From Alkalispirochaeta sp. (GTDB lineage Bacteria > Spirochaetota > Spirochaetia > DSM-27196 > Alkalispirochaetaceae), in contig OZ271854.1 of the NCBI GenBank assembly GCA_965601925.1, positions 1,216,001 through 1,280,000 of the forward strand: a stretch of 64,000 nt of DNA, written 5' to 3'. Each line of letters starts with the position of its first letter. Position 1 is the stretch's first letter. Below are positions 1-9,974 of the stretch, one piece after another. The notes below the pieces were generated by a model, which saw nothing but the letters and a program-made list of their open reading frames with translations, searched no databases and was not told where the DNA came from. The position numbers and the translations under genes are program-made.

Positions 1-2375
1 ACGTTTACCGCAAGGTCCGCGACGTCACCGCCCGATAGGTCCGAGAAGAGCTCGAGGCCGGACAACGCTACGGCGGACTCTTCCGGCGTCATCTCGATCG
101 GGATGATGTCGGCCTCGCCGCGGCCTTCGACGTTCCCGGGTACTCCGATGTCGTCGAGCCGTCCGGCAATACGGTCGCGGAGGATCACCTGGAGAGTTTG
201 GGTCGCCGACGTGTGGCGCGACAGAAACGCGATGACCTCGTTACGCCCCAACACGAGCGTCGCAACCTCGCCTTCGGCAACGACGGTAGCAGAGCGCCGC
301 TCGGGCAGAATCGCCGACAGCTCACCGAAGCAGCTTCCGGCCTCCAATCTCGCTAAGGTGTGATCGCCGCTTCGTACCGATACCTCGCCGTCGGTCACGA
401 CATACAGAGAGTCTCCCGCCTCATCTTGAGTGACGATACGCTCCCCCGCGCCGAATGTTCGCCGCTCGGCGTGCCGCGTAAGCTGATGGAGATACTCCAA
501 GGAGAAGGCGGAGAACAACTGAGATCGCTTCATGTGCCGCAGATTCTCATGGTCGGCGGCCCATTTCGTCTCACGGTCGACGTCTCGCGACAGCGCGATG
601 ATCGAGCGCGTCCAGGCGCTCACCGCTGCGGGATTGTCCGCGTGGTTAATCGGCGGCAACTGCTCCGCGTCATATCCCTTCATCGCGCGATCCAAGAGAA
701 ACAGTTCGTCCTTCTCCAACAGTGCCAGAAATGGTTCTCGATACCGTTGGGGAATGATGGGAGCCAATCCATCTACCGCGGTACGATACTGGGCACCCTC
801 GAGCCCTTGTAACCGTACGAGCCGATCCGAGAGCCGCGCGGTGCCCATCGTCGCATCGATCAACGCCGCGACTTCGTCGATGGTGCGGCTCCATTCGTGG
901 TTCCATGCGTCGGCAAACGGGGGCCATCGAACATCATACGTCGCCCCCATGGTCAACAGGGCGCGCGCGCGGAGCAGGCGCTCGACGACCGGATCGCCGC
1001 TCTCGCCTGCAGATGACATCGACCGTCGACCGAGGGCCGTTCCACCTTCCGGGTTGCGCCCGCCGACCTCCGGTGGAAGGGGTCGGTCGGTGGGCCATCG
1101 CTTGTACGACGGTGGTGCGAGACGGTGTGCGGCGACCGCACGGTACTTCCGCGCCGCGGCAACGGCGGCGACGATCCAGCCCACCGAGACCGCACAGCCC
1201 AGGAGATAGATGTGGCGGAGCGAAAAGCGGTCGGTCTGACGCGCCAAAATCAACAGAAACCCGGCGACACTCGCGATTCCCTGCCCGATGAGACTCTCGG
1301 CCAAAAGTTGATTGCGCGCCTGGACTCGCGGACGGAATGCTTGAAAAAGGCCGTAAAAGCTCGGCAAAAAAATGCTGCCGTCGAGCACGCGCTCGGCGGC
1401 CTTCAATGCAATCACGATAACCAACGGACTCACGCCGACGGCCGCCCCCAAGGGAGACTCCGATATGGGTGCCAGGACGAACAGCGCGAGGAGGCCGACC
1501 GGAGCGATAAGCAAACCGGTTAGAAGGCCGAATGAATGGAGCAGCCGGCCGGTGACGAGCAGCTTGACGATCAACGCGGCTAAGCCCACGAAGAACCAAA
1601 AACGGGCAAAAAAGACGCCGAGATCGATATCGGGACGCGCGCCGGTGTCGACTCCCCCCAAAAAAGCCGTATCGACCAAAAAATAGACGAGATACATCGC
1701 CGCGATCAAAAGAAAGACCCTGGCCGTCAGCGGTGTGTCCGCATCGGCATTCGAATCGTCCGCGGGCGATACACTCCCGCTACGGGGAAAGCGCGAGACG
1801 TGCACGAGAGTCGCGATGTGGGCGCCGAGAGACGCGAAGATCAGTCCTTCGGGCGACATGCGCCGCAGGACAAGGGGGATAAGTGCGCCGCCGGCGACCA
1901 ACGTGATGACTTGTCCGGTTGTGGTGAAACCCAATACGCGTCGACTCGAGCGCGGCGAGAGGCGATCGGTCGCGGCGATCAAAAAAACGACGGCCAAGAA
2001 AACGTTCTCTATACGGCTCCAAAAATAGAAAAGTACGGCGACGCCCGCTCGTCGAGTTCCCCAAATTGAGTACAGGGCAACCAGGACCGTCCCCGCAACC
2101 AAAAAGATCGACAGAAACACGATACGTCGTTTCGGTGTCTTGCGGCGAAAGGTGCGTAGGAAGAGCGCTGCGATACCGCCGAGCCCGACGCCCGACCCCA
2201 AAACGAGCCACGGTAGGGATTCGGGAGACAGCTCCGACACTACCAGGGCTGAGGCGGCGGTCATCGTGGAGATCTGGGACACTCCGATGAGTAGACTCAA
2301 CACAAAAAGCGAGGTCACCGATCGACGCTCGCGCGACTGAATCAAAAACAGTTCTCTGATCTTTGTGCGGCTCAT
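1..2375 (-). CDS. NTT/TLC (Npt1-like) MFS membrane transporter fused to cyclic-nucleotide-binding domain(s); 3' end lies outside the window
   Basis: Manual translation from ATG 2375 (MSRTKIRELFLIQSRERRSVTSLFVLSLLIG...) has no stop down to base 1 (>=791 codons). About 410 aa of multi-TM segments are followed by a helical linker, then a cNMP domain (FGAGERIVTQDEAGDSLYVVTDGEV...GSCFGELSAILPERRSATVVAEG) and the start of a second (LSGLELFSDLSGGDVADLA). Absent from the ORF track because it is open-ended. Confidence 0.8.
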   Translation of the reverse strand, partial: MSRTKIRELFLIQSRERRSVTSLFVLSLLIGVSQISTMTAASALVVSELSPESLPWLVLGSGVGLGGIAALFLRTFRRKTPKRRIVFLSIFLVAGTVLVALYSIWGTRRAGVAVLFYFWSRIENVFLAVVFLIAATDRLSPRSSRRVLGFTTTGQVITLVAGGALIPLVLRRMSPEGLIFASLGAHIATLVHVSRFPRSGSVSPADDSNADADTPLTARVFLLIAAMYLVYFLVDTAFLGGVDTGARPDIDLGVFFARFWFFVGLAALIVKLLVTGRLLHSFGLLTGLLIAPVGLLALFVLAPISESPLGAAVGVSPLVIVIALKAAERVLDGSIFLPSFYGLFQAFRPRVQARNQLLAESLIGQGIASVAGFLLILARQTDRFSLRHIYLLGCAVSVGWIVAAVAAARKYRAVAAHRLAPPSYKRWPTDRPLPPEVGGRNPEGGTALGRRSMSSAGESGDPVVERLLRARALLTMGATYDVRWPPFADAWNHEWSRTIDEVAALIDATMGTARLSDRLVRLQGLEGAQYRTAVDGLAPIIPQRYREPFLALLEKDELFLLDRAMKGYDAEQLPPINHADNPAAVSAWTRSIIALSRDVDRETKWAADHENLRHMKRSQLFSAFSLEYLHQLTRHAERRTFGAGERIVTQDEAGDSLYVVTDGEVSVRSGDHTLARLEAGSCFGELSAILPERRSATVVAEGEVATLVLGRNEVIAFLSRHTSATQTLQVILRDRIAGRLDDIGVPGNVEGRGEADIIPIEMTPEESAVALSGLELFSDLSGGDVADLAVN

Positions 2376-2618
2376 TCGTCGTCTTTACCTGCGGATCGTC
2401 GTCGATGGACACCCACCGTCTCACCACGCAACGTCCGCTTCAATAGTAGCATCGCGGCCCGACGGTTCACAACAGAAGCCGTCGATCCCGCGCGCGCGAT
2501 CGTGTATCCGCACGGTACCGGCGACACGCAGTAATTTTGCATTCTCGATTTTGATCTACTACACTCCATAACGCCCCCGACCGGTTTCATCTATCCGACC
2601 GCGGGCCGGAACGATGCG

Positions 2619-4415
2619 ATGGACGACGGGATGCGAAAAACGATCCTCCTCGTCGAAGACGAGGCGATTATTGCCATGTACGAATCCAAACAACTGGAGG
2701 CGTACGGCTACAAAACGATACATGCCATGAAAGGCCACGAGGCGATACGCCTCGTTTTTGATAGCACCTTCGGCATCGATCTCGTCCTGATGGATATCGA
2801 TCTGGGTGAGGAAAAAGACGGAACGGAGATCGCCGCGGAGATACTGACCAGGATCGAAATTCCGATCGTGTTTCTTTCAAGCCATACCGAACCGAAAGTC
2901 GTTGAGAAGACCGAGAAGATCACGTCGTACGGATATGTCGTCAAGAACACCGATATTACCGTTCTCGATGCGTCCATCAAAATGGCGTTCAAACTGTTCG
3001 AGATAAAAAACGCGGATCGAAAAAAAGAGGAAGCGTTAAAAATAAGCGAGGAGAAGTATCGCGCCTTGGCCGACACATCACCCTACGGGATTCAAATGAC
3101 CGACGTCGACGGAACCATTACATTCGGCAACCCCGCGCTTCACCGTGTGTTGGAGTGTTCCGACGGCGAGCTGGTGGGCAAACGGATGTGGGACGTCACC
3201 GTCGACGCTGCGGGAAAGAGACGGTTGAAGCGGTATCACGAAAAGTTGGTGGCCGAGCGCCCCGGTCTCGCCACGTATTACGACACGATCCAGACGCACG
3301 CCGGATCGTCGGTTGCCGCGCAGATTAACTGGAGCTTCATCGATTCGCCGGATAATCGATCCCAAAACATCATCGGCGTCTTTACCGACGTTACCGATCT
3401 CAAACGCGCCGAGAGCGAGCTCAACGAAAAGAACGCGCGACTGACCGCCGCGCAGGAGATCGCCAAACTCGGTTGGTGGGAGTACGACATTGCGACGAAC
3501 GCGGTAACGTGGTCCGCCGAAATGTTCCAAATCTACGGAATCTCCGAGGACGAGGGACCCTTCCCGTTTGAGCGGCTTATGGAACTCGTGCATCCGGATT
3601 ACCGCTCCTACCATGGCAACCAAGTCGAGGTGTTGTTACGGGACGGTGAGGCGGACTTCGAGTATCCGGTGCTCAGGCCCGACGGCACGCTCCGATGGGT
3701 ACACGCCAAAGGAAAGCTCTCGTACGACGACGATGGAAATCCCGTCAAGATGTTCGGGATGCTACAAAACATCCATGTGCGCAAGACGGCGGAAGAGAGG
3801 ATACAATCGCTCCTCAATGAGAAAGAGCTCATTCTGAAGGAGGTTCACCACCGGGTGAAGAACAACATGGCGTCGATAGAGAATCTGCTCTCGTTGCAGT
3901 TGGAATCTCTTACCGACCCGGCAAGCATCTCGGTGCTTACAAAAGCGCTCGGCCGTGTCGCCGGCATGCGCATACTGTACGACAAGATATTGGTCTCCGA
4001 CGCCTACCAAGCCGTCTCGCTACGGGACTACCTCGGCGAGCTGGTCGAATCGCTCGTGACGTTGTTCGACGACTCGAGCAACGTCACACTCGACATGCGG
4101 GGCGACGACGTCGCGATTGCGTCGAAGAAGGTGTTCCCCCTCGGCATCATTATCAACGAGCTCGTCACGAATGCGATGAAACACGCTCCCGCCGCCGACC
4201 GACGCGGGGCGATCGTGATCACCGTAACGAGTGAACACGCCCGCGTGACGGTTACCGTGCACGACAACGGCCCGGGTCTCCCCGCCGGATTTGATATCGA
4301 CACATCCCGAGGTCTCGGATTACTGCTCGTCGGAATGTTGAGCCGGCAAATCGAAGGTGTCTTCGCACTCGAAAACGAGGGTGGCGCAAAGGCGACGATC
4401 GAGTTCAACCGGTAG
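2619..4415 (+). CDS. Hybrid sensor kinase: REC - PAS - PAS/PAC - HisKA_2/HATPase
   Basis: N-terminal receiver (ILLVEDE...VLMDIDL); two PAS domains; H-box LKEVHHRVKNNM; N-box NELVTNAMKHA; DNGPG and GLGL boxes. Start may be ATG 2631. Confidence 0.92.
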   Translation: MDDGMRKTILLVEDEAIIAMYESKQLEAYGYKTIHAMKGHEAIRLVFDSTFGIDLVLMDIDLGEEKDGTEIAAEILTRIEIPIVFLSSHTEPKVVEKTEKITSYGYVVKNTDITVLDASIKMAFKLFEIKNADRKKEEALKISEEKYRALADTSPYGIQMTDVDGTITFGNPALHRVLECSDGELVGKRMWDVTVDAAGKRRLKRYHEKLVAERPGLATYYDTIQTHAGSSVAAQINWSFIDSPDNRSQNIIGVFTDVTDLKRAESELNEKNARLTAAQEIAKLGWWEYDIATNAVTWSAEMFQIYGISEDEGPFPFERLMELVHPDYRSYHGNQVEVLLRDGEADFEYPVLRPDGTLRWVHAKGKLSYDDDGNPVKMFGMLQNIHVRKTAEERIQSLLNEKELILKEVHHRVKNNMASIENLLSLQLESLTDPASISVLTKALGRVAGMRILYDKILVSDAYQAVSLRDYLGELVESLVTLFDDSSNVTLDMRGDDVAIASKKVFPLGIIINELVTNAMKHAPAADRRGAIVITVTSEHARVTVTVHDNGPGLPAGFDIDTSRGLGLLLVGMLSRQIEGVFALENEGGAKATIEFNR

Positions 4416-4482
4416 TTGCGTTTCGGTCATATCGTTCCAATGCGGTGCGCGTCGCGTTCCGGTCGCGCTATTGCGCCGCACT

Positions 4483-4809
4483 TCATGACGGCGGCAGCGT
4501 CACCTCATGCTCCGCGGTGTAGACGAAGGTGACCGACTCGGCGAATCGCGCGGTGTCCTCGGCCGCGAGAACTCCCTCCGCAGAGGACATGCATCGCTGC
4601 ATCGTCTCGAAGTCGTCCCACCAGATCTCCGCAGTACCGTCGTACTCGGCGGTGCTCGGCGTCGGAGGATCGGGAATGCGGACATTGATGATGTATTTAC
4701 GCATCCCGATCACCGCGGAGAGTCTGGTGTGATTATCCAACCAATAGCGTTCAAACTCCGCGTGGCTGAGATCCGCGCGCTTCTTCACCAGCGCTACCAT
4801 CTTGATCAC
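4483..4809 (-). CDS. EthD-family (dimeric alpha+beta barrel) protein
   Basis: GTG start just after the SDR stop; MIKMVALVKKRADLSHAEFERYWLDNH...YDGTAEIWWDD...EDTARF is the typical EthD pattern. Confidence 0.85.
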   Translation of the reverse strand: MIKMVALVKKRADLSHAEFERYWLDNHTRLSAVIGMRKYIINVRIPDPPTPSTAEYDGTAEIWWDDFETMQRCMSSAEGVLAAEDTARFAESVTFVYTAEHEVTLPPS

Positions 4810-4811
4810 GA

Positions 4812-5579
4812 CTATATCCCCAAGTACCCGCCGTCCATGATCACCCCCGTGGCGGTGATATAGTCGGCTTCCGGTGAGACGAGGAAGGCGGCGAGACCGG
4901 CGACCTCCGCGGGTTCCGCTCCCCTGTCGGCGGGAATACTCGCCTTCACGCGCGCAAGCGTCTCCTCGCCGAGCGCCGCATTGGCCTCGGTGAGGACAAG
5001 TCCGGGAGCGATCGCCACCGACCGGACCGACGGCGCGCACTCACGCCCTATCGCGCGCGTCATATTGAGAATCGCGCCCTTGACCGCCTGGTAGGCGCTG
5101 AATCCGGGTTCGCCGAAGTAACTCTGCACACTCGCAGTATTAAGAATAACGCCTCCCCGGTGCGCCATCATCCACGTTGCGGCCAGTTTCGCGCCGTACC
5201 AGTAGGGTCGCAGGGAAACCTCGATGGTGGCGTCGAACTCCTCGAGACTCTGCTCATGGATCGGGTGAAACGTGCTGTGGAAGGCGTTATTGTGCCAGAT
5301 CGTGAGGTCGCCGAACTCCGAAACGGTAACCTCGCGTAGCCGCTCCAACGCGGCCGGCTCTCGCACATCGGTCGCGACGAAGAGCGCCGCGCCGCCGGCC
5401 GCTCGAATCTCGTCGGCAACCTTCGATCCCCCGTCCTGAATATCGGCGATCACGACCGCCGCCCCCTCGGCGGCGTATCGCGCCGCGCAGGCGCGACCGA
5501 TGCCCGCCGCGCCGCCGGTGACGACGGCCACTTGGCCCCTCAATCGCTCCGGATTCGGGAATGCTCGATAGTTGCTCAT
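4812..5579 (-). CDS. SDR-family NAD(P)-dependent oxidoreductase
   Basis: TGGAAGIG, NNA, NTAS and YQAVK catalytic motifs; ATG 5579 overlaps the lactonase stop. Confidence 0.92.
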   Translation of the reverse strand: MSNYRAFPNPERLRGQVAVVTGGAAGIGRACAARYAAEGAAVVIADIQDGGSKVADEIRAAGGAALFVATDVREPAALERLREVTVSEFGDLTIWHNNAFHSTFHPIHEQSLEEFDATIEVSLRPYWYGAKLAATWMMAHRGGVILNTASVQSYFGEPGFSAYQAVKGAILNMTRAIGRECAPSVRSVAIAPGLVLTEANAALGEETLARVKASIPADRGAEPAEVAGLAAFLVSPEADYITATGVIMDGGYLGI

Positions 5580-6502
5580 CGTTGTACTCCTCGTGCCGTC
5601 AGTCGGATACGATAGAGCGAGGTGACGGCGGTCATGTAAAGATCGGACCGATCGGGCCCACCGAAGCATAGGTTGGTTACCATTTCAGGTACGGGAATGA
5701 GGGCGAGGAGCGTACCGGATCGGTCGTAGACGTTCACACCGTTGCCCACCGCGACATAGAGACGATCGTCTTCGTCGATGCGCATGCCGTCGGGCACGCC
5801 GTGATCGATAACGGCAAACGGAACCGGCGTATCGACGGGTTCTCCCTCCTCAACGGGAAGATAATAGACTGCATGATGCCGCTCGCTGGAATCGGAGACG
5901 TAGAGACGATCCTCCGACAGCGAGAAGCACAGGCCGTTGGGCCGGTAGACGGATCGGGCGACGAGTCGCGGAGACGATGCGTCCTCGCCCACGCGAAAGA
6001 CACCGCAAAAACCGTACTCCATACCGTGCTGATATCCGTGGAGCGCTCCATCCTCCTGCCGCACTCCGAAGGGCGGGTCGGTGAAGTAGATCCCGTCGGT
6101 GGAGGGCCGGTGGACGACGTCGTTGGGCGAGTTGAGCGCGTAGCCGCGCCACAAATCGGCCAAGGGCTCGATGTCCGGACGCGTATCCGGCGAGGCGGGC
6201 TCGCTCCGATATCGCACGAGGCGCCGCGTCGTATGCTCGCAGGCGAGCACACGACCCTCGCCGTCACCGTAGAGTCCGATCGCAAAGTGGCTGCGATCGG
6301 TAAAGGTTCGAACGCCGGCGTCATCGCTCCAAATGTGGATCCGGTTGGCGGGAATATCGGTGAACAGCACTCGATCGTTCGCGGCGTCGTACCACGGCCC
6401 TTCGGTAAACGCACACGAGTCTACGAGTCGCTCAAGTACGCCGTCGGGGGCGACAATCTCCGCGGCCTCCGGCGCATAGGGAACGATCGGTCCGTTATCC
6501 AT
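5576..6502 (-). CDS. SMP-30/gluconolactonase/LRE-family lactonase
   Basis: FTEGP, LNSPNDV, YFTDPPFG, PNGLCFS, PDGMRID and TNLCFGG motifs. Confidence 0.93.
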   Translation of the reverse strand: MDNGPIVPYAPEAAEIVAPDGVLERLVDSCAFTEGPWYDAANDRVLFTDIPANRIHIWSDDAGVRTFTDRSHFAIGLYGDGEGRVLACEHTTRRLVRYRSEPASPDTRPDIEPLADLWRGYALNSPNDVVHRPSTDGIYFTDPPFGVRQEDGALHGYQHGMEYGFCGVFRVGEDASSPRLVARSVYRPNGLCFSLSEDRLYVSDSSERHHAVYYLPVEEGEPVDTPVPFAVIDHGVPDGMRIDEDDRLYVAVGNGVNVYDRSGTLLALIPVPEMVTNLCFGGPDRSDLYMTAVTSLYRIRLTARGVQR

Positions 6503-7448
6503 GGTTTCGCTCCTTCTGTAAGAGGCTGTCGGCGAGAACGGCGGCGACGATTACGATGCCGCGTACTACCAGCTGCCAATCGTGGTCGACGTTCATGAGA
6601 GTGAGACCGTTTCCGAGGACGCCGATGAGAAGCGCCCCCAGGACGGTCCGACCCAAGGAGCCGCGCCCTCCGGAGAACCGGGTCCCTCCGATCACCACAG
6701 CGGCGATGGCGCTCAACTCAATGCCGATCGCCCCCTCGGGTTGGCCGTTGCCGACCCGGGCGACCATAATGACCGCCGCCAGAGCGGCAACGGCTCCGCT
6801 CATGGCAAAGACCGATACTTTGACCCGAGCTACGGGAATCCCTGCAAGGCGCGCCGACTCCGCGCTTCCCCCGACGGCAAAGATATTACTCCCCAACCGC
6901 GACCGATGGAGCACGACGAACAGCAGTGCGAACACTACGACGGCGTACCACACCGGGGCGGGTATCCCCGCCATCTCGCCGCGCGCAAAGACCATACGAA
7001 ACGTCTCGTTGTCGAAGACGATCGTCGATGCATTGGTCCAAGCCAGGGCGAGTCCGCGAATGACGTTGAGGGTACCGACGGTCACGATAAACGAAGGGAT
7101 GCCCCCCGCGACGATGATACCTCCGTTGATCGCACCGATCGCTCCGCCGAGAAGGACACCACAGAGAACGGCGACGGGCCACGACCAGCCGGACTCCAAC
7201 GCGAATGCGATCGCCACGGCGGCGACGGAGGTGATCGCACCGATGCTGATATCGATCTCGCCGGAGATGATTACGAAGGTCATTGCGAAAGAGATGACGA
7301 CGAGAAGCGTCGTCTGTCGTCCGATGTTGGCGATATTCTCAAAGGTCAGGAAAAACGGATTGGCGACGGCAAAAAAGGCGACGACAACGACGATCGCGGC
7401 GAAGATGCCGTACGACCGAGCCCAGGAGCGTACTCCCGTCGCCCTCAT
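6495..7448 (-). CDS. Monosaccharide ABC transporter permease (RbsC/BPD_transp_2)
   Basis: GEIDISIG, AVGGSAESARLAGI and ELSAIAAVVIGGT motifs. Confidence 0.92.
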   Translation of the reverse strand: MRATGVRSWARSYGIFAAIVVVVAFFAVANPFFLTFENIANIGRQTTLLVVISFAMTFVIISGEIDISIGAITSVAAVAIAFALESGWSWPVAVLCGVLLGGAIGAINGGIIVAGGIPSFIVTVGTLNVIRGLALAWTNASTIVFDNETFRMVFARGEMAGIPAPVWYAVVVFALLFVVLHRSRLGSNIFAVGGSAESARLAGIPVARVKVSVFAMSGAVAALAAVIMVARVGNGQPEGAIGIELSAIAAVVIGGTRFSGGRGSLGRTVLGALLIGVLGNGLTLMNVDHDWQLVVRGIVIVAAVLADSLLQKERNHG

Positions 7449-8383
7449 CCCCCTCTCCTCCGGGCGTACTGATCGAGAGCGACGGATACGACGATGATCA
7501 CACCCTTGAGGGAGATTTGATAGTAGGTGGGCACGTTGAGCAGATTGAGCCCGTTGTTCAGCACGCCGATCAACAAAACGCCGCTCATGGTTCGCATCAG
7601 CGAACCGCTGCCGCCGAGAAAACTCGTACCGCCGAGTACGACCGCCGCGATCGCATCGAGCTCCAAGTTGCGCGCACCGTCGACGAATCCCGTACCGAGA
7701 CGCGCCGAAAGGAGAATCCCGCTAAGGGCGACCAACACGCCGTCGAAAGCAAACACGGTGAGGCGGGTCCGCCGCACCGCGATGCCGGAGTAGCGTGCCG
7801 CGGAGGCGTTCCCGCCGATCGCGTAGACTCGGGCGCCGAAGGTGGTTCTACTCAATAGAAGATGGAGTGCGATAAAGGCGAGTACGGCGTACCAGATCGT
7901 CGCCGGCACGCCGAGTGGTGTCGCCTCGGCAAAGGTATAGAGATATCTGATATCGAGAATGGCGACGGCGCGCCCGTCGGTTATCGCAAAGGCGACGCCG
8001 CGGGCGATACTGAAGGCGCCGAGGGAGGCGATAAATGACGGGATACCCCCGTACACGACGAGCAGGCCGATCAACACCCCGATAGCGAGGCCGGCGCCGA
8101 GACCGATCGTCACCGCAGCAATGGTGCCGATTCCCGCGGCGAGGGTCATAGCGACGAGGATGCCGACTAAGCTCGCCACCGGTCCGACGCTAAGGTCGAT
8201 CTCGCCCGAAATGATAACGAACGTCATCGCGTACGAAGCCACGGCGAGCAGCGTTATCTGGCGACCGATGTTCACGAAATTCGAGACGCGAAAAAAGACG
8301 GGGCTCATAACCGAAAAGAGCGCCGCCAGGGCGAGCGTTACCATGAACACCCCGGCGCGCCCGGCTAACTGTGTCGCCTTCAC
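7445..8383 (-). CDS. Monosaccharide ABC transporter permease (RbsC/BPD_transp_2)
   Basis: GEIDLSVG, AIGGNASAARYSGI and ELDAIAAVVLGGT motifs. GTG 8383 overlaps the ATPase stop; the longer ORF-track start is unlikely. Confidence 0.9.
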   Translation of the reverse strand: MKATQLAGRAGVFMVTLALAALFSVMSPVFFRVSNFVNIGRQITLLAVASYAMTFVIISGEIDLSVGPVASLVGILVAMTLAAGIGTIAAVTIGLGAGLAIGVLIGLLVVYGGIPSFIASLGAFSIARGVAFAITDGRAVAILDIRYLYTFAEATPLGVPATIWYAVLAFIALHLLLSRTTFGARVYAIGGNASAARYSGIAVRRTRLTVFAFDGVLVALSGILLSARLGTGFVDGARNLELDAIAAVVLGGTSFLGGSGSLMRTMSGVLLIGVLNNGLNLLNVPTYYQISLKGVIIVVSVALDQYARRRGG

Positions 8384-9918
8384 GCGACCTCTCCCGTATC
8401 GCCGAAGGCGAGGGCTATGATACGCTCCTCGGTCGCCTCGTCGGCGGGGACGACGCCGGTAATGCTCCCTTGCCACATCACCATGATGCGATCGCTCACC
8501 GCCAGAAGCTCGGGTAGCTCCGAAGAGATCATCACAACCGCCACGCCGCTGTCGGCGATACGGCGCACGATTGCGTGTACGTCCGCCTTGGCGCCGACAT
8601 CGACTCCCCTGGTCGGCTCGTTGAGAATCAGAAGGCGCGGATCGCGAGCGAGCCACTTGGCGAGTACGACTTTTTGTTGGTTGCCGCCGCTCAGGGTCGA
8701 AACGATCTGTTCCGCCGAGGCGGCGCGAATGGAGAGTCGATCGCGCCATCGGTCGTACAGCGTCGTCTCGGCGCGGTCCCGCCGGAGCCCCAGGCGAGAT
8801 ATGACGCGCAGCACGGTAATGCTCATGTTGAATCGCACGCTCTGGGCCAGTATCAGACCGAGCCCCTTGCGGTCGTCGGGCACGTATGCGACGCCCGCGG
8901 CCATGGCGGCGGCGACGTCTCCCAGCTCGATCGGCGCACCGTCGATACGTATCTCCCCGGAATCGGGTTTGCGAAGTCCGAAGATGGTCTCGGCAACGGC
9001 GGTACGCCCCGACCCTATCAGCCCCCCGACCCCGAGAATTTCACCCGGCGCGACGGAGAAGGCGACGTTGGAGAACGTCGTACCGAGGGAAACTCCGGTC
9101 AGCTCGAGCCGCGGCGGAACCCCTCGATGTCCTTCGGTGCTTCGTTCCGACGACCGCTCTCGCCGTCCGTACGTTTCGTCGACGAAGCGTCCTACCATCG
9201 CCTTGACTACCCCATCGCGGTCGATTCGCTGTGTAGTCTCGGTGAAGATGTGGAGGCCGTCCCGCAGCACGCTAACGCGATCCGACAACGCAAAAACCTC
9301 GGCCATACGATGCGAGACGTAGGCGATCGCCACACCCCGATCGCGGAGGCGGTGGATCAAGGCAAAAAGAAGCTCTTCCTCACGTCGCCCCAATGAGGAG
9401 GTCGGCTCGTCCATAATAATCAGGCGCGGATTCGCGGCGACGATCCGGGCGATCTCGACCATCTGCTTGCGCCCGATCGTAAGATCCCCCACCATAGCGC
9501 GCGGATCGAGATCCAACGAGAGATCGTCGATGATCTCGCCGGCCCGTCGATACAAGGATTGACGGTCGATGAGGTGCGGCCCTCGAAGCGGTTCGCGACC
9601 GAGCAGGAGATTGCGCGCCACGTCCACATTGTCGAGGACGGTCAGCTCTTGGTAGACCATCCCGATTCCGAGCTCCCGGGCGTGTATCGGACTTCGAATG
9701 CGGACCGACCGCCCGGCTACGATGATCTCGCCCTCGTCGGGAGGCTGCGCTCCGGAGATGATCTTCATCAGCGTCGACTTACCGGCTCCGTTTTCCCCCA
9801 TGAGCGAGTGCACTTCGCCGGCAAAAAAGGAGAGCGACACCCCGTCGAGGGCCTTCACCCCCGGGAACCGCTTGGAGATGTTGCGTAGCTCCACCAACGG
9901 ACGGCGATCACTCATCAT
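8380..9918 (-). CDS. Sugar ABC transporter ATP-binding protein (RbsA/MglA type, two ABC domains)
   Basis: GENGAGKST, DEPTSSL, LSGGNQQKV and EPTRGVDVGAK motifs. Confidence 0.95.
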   Translation of the reverse strand: MMSDRRPLVELRNISKRFPGVKALDGVSLSFFAGEVHSLMGENGAGKSTLMKIISGAQPPDEGEIIVAGRSVRIRSPIHARELGIGMVYQELTVLDNVDVARNLLLGREPLRGPHLIDRQSLYRRAGEIIDDLSLDLDPRAMVGDLTIGRKQMVEIARIVAANPRLIIMDEPTSSLGRREEELLFALIHRLRDRGVAIAYVSHRMAEVFALSDRVSVLRDGLHIFTETTQRIDRDGVVKAMVGRFVDETYGRRERSSERSTEGHRGVPPRLELTGVSLGTTFSNVAFSVAPGEILGVGGLIGSGRTAVAETIFGLRKPDSGEIRIDGAPIELGDVAAAMAAGVAYVPDDRKGLGLILAQSVRFNMSITVLRVISRLGLRRDRAETTLYDRWRDRLSIRAASAEQIVSTLSGGNQQKVVLAKWLARDPRLLILNEPTRGVDVGAKADVHAIVRRIADSGVAVVMISSELPELLAVSDRIMVMWQGSITGVVPADEATEERIIALAFGDTGEVA

Positions 9919-9974
9919 TTTCTCCGGGGCCGGACCGCTGGGACGGTCCGGTATGTTGGATGGCGACAGCTATC

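Noticed and set aside
7445..8749. Extended N-termini given by the ORF track (also 4483-5040, 9975-11165, 17101, 23427-24026, 25214, 45598-47457, 53809)
   Set aside because: The extensions overlap neighbouring genes or promoters; downstream starts with an SD or stop-start coupling fit better.
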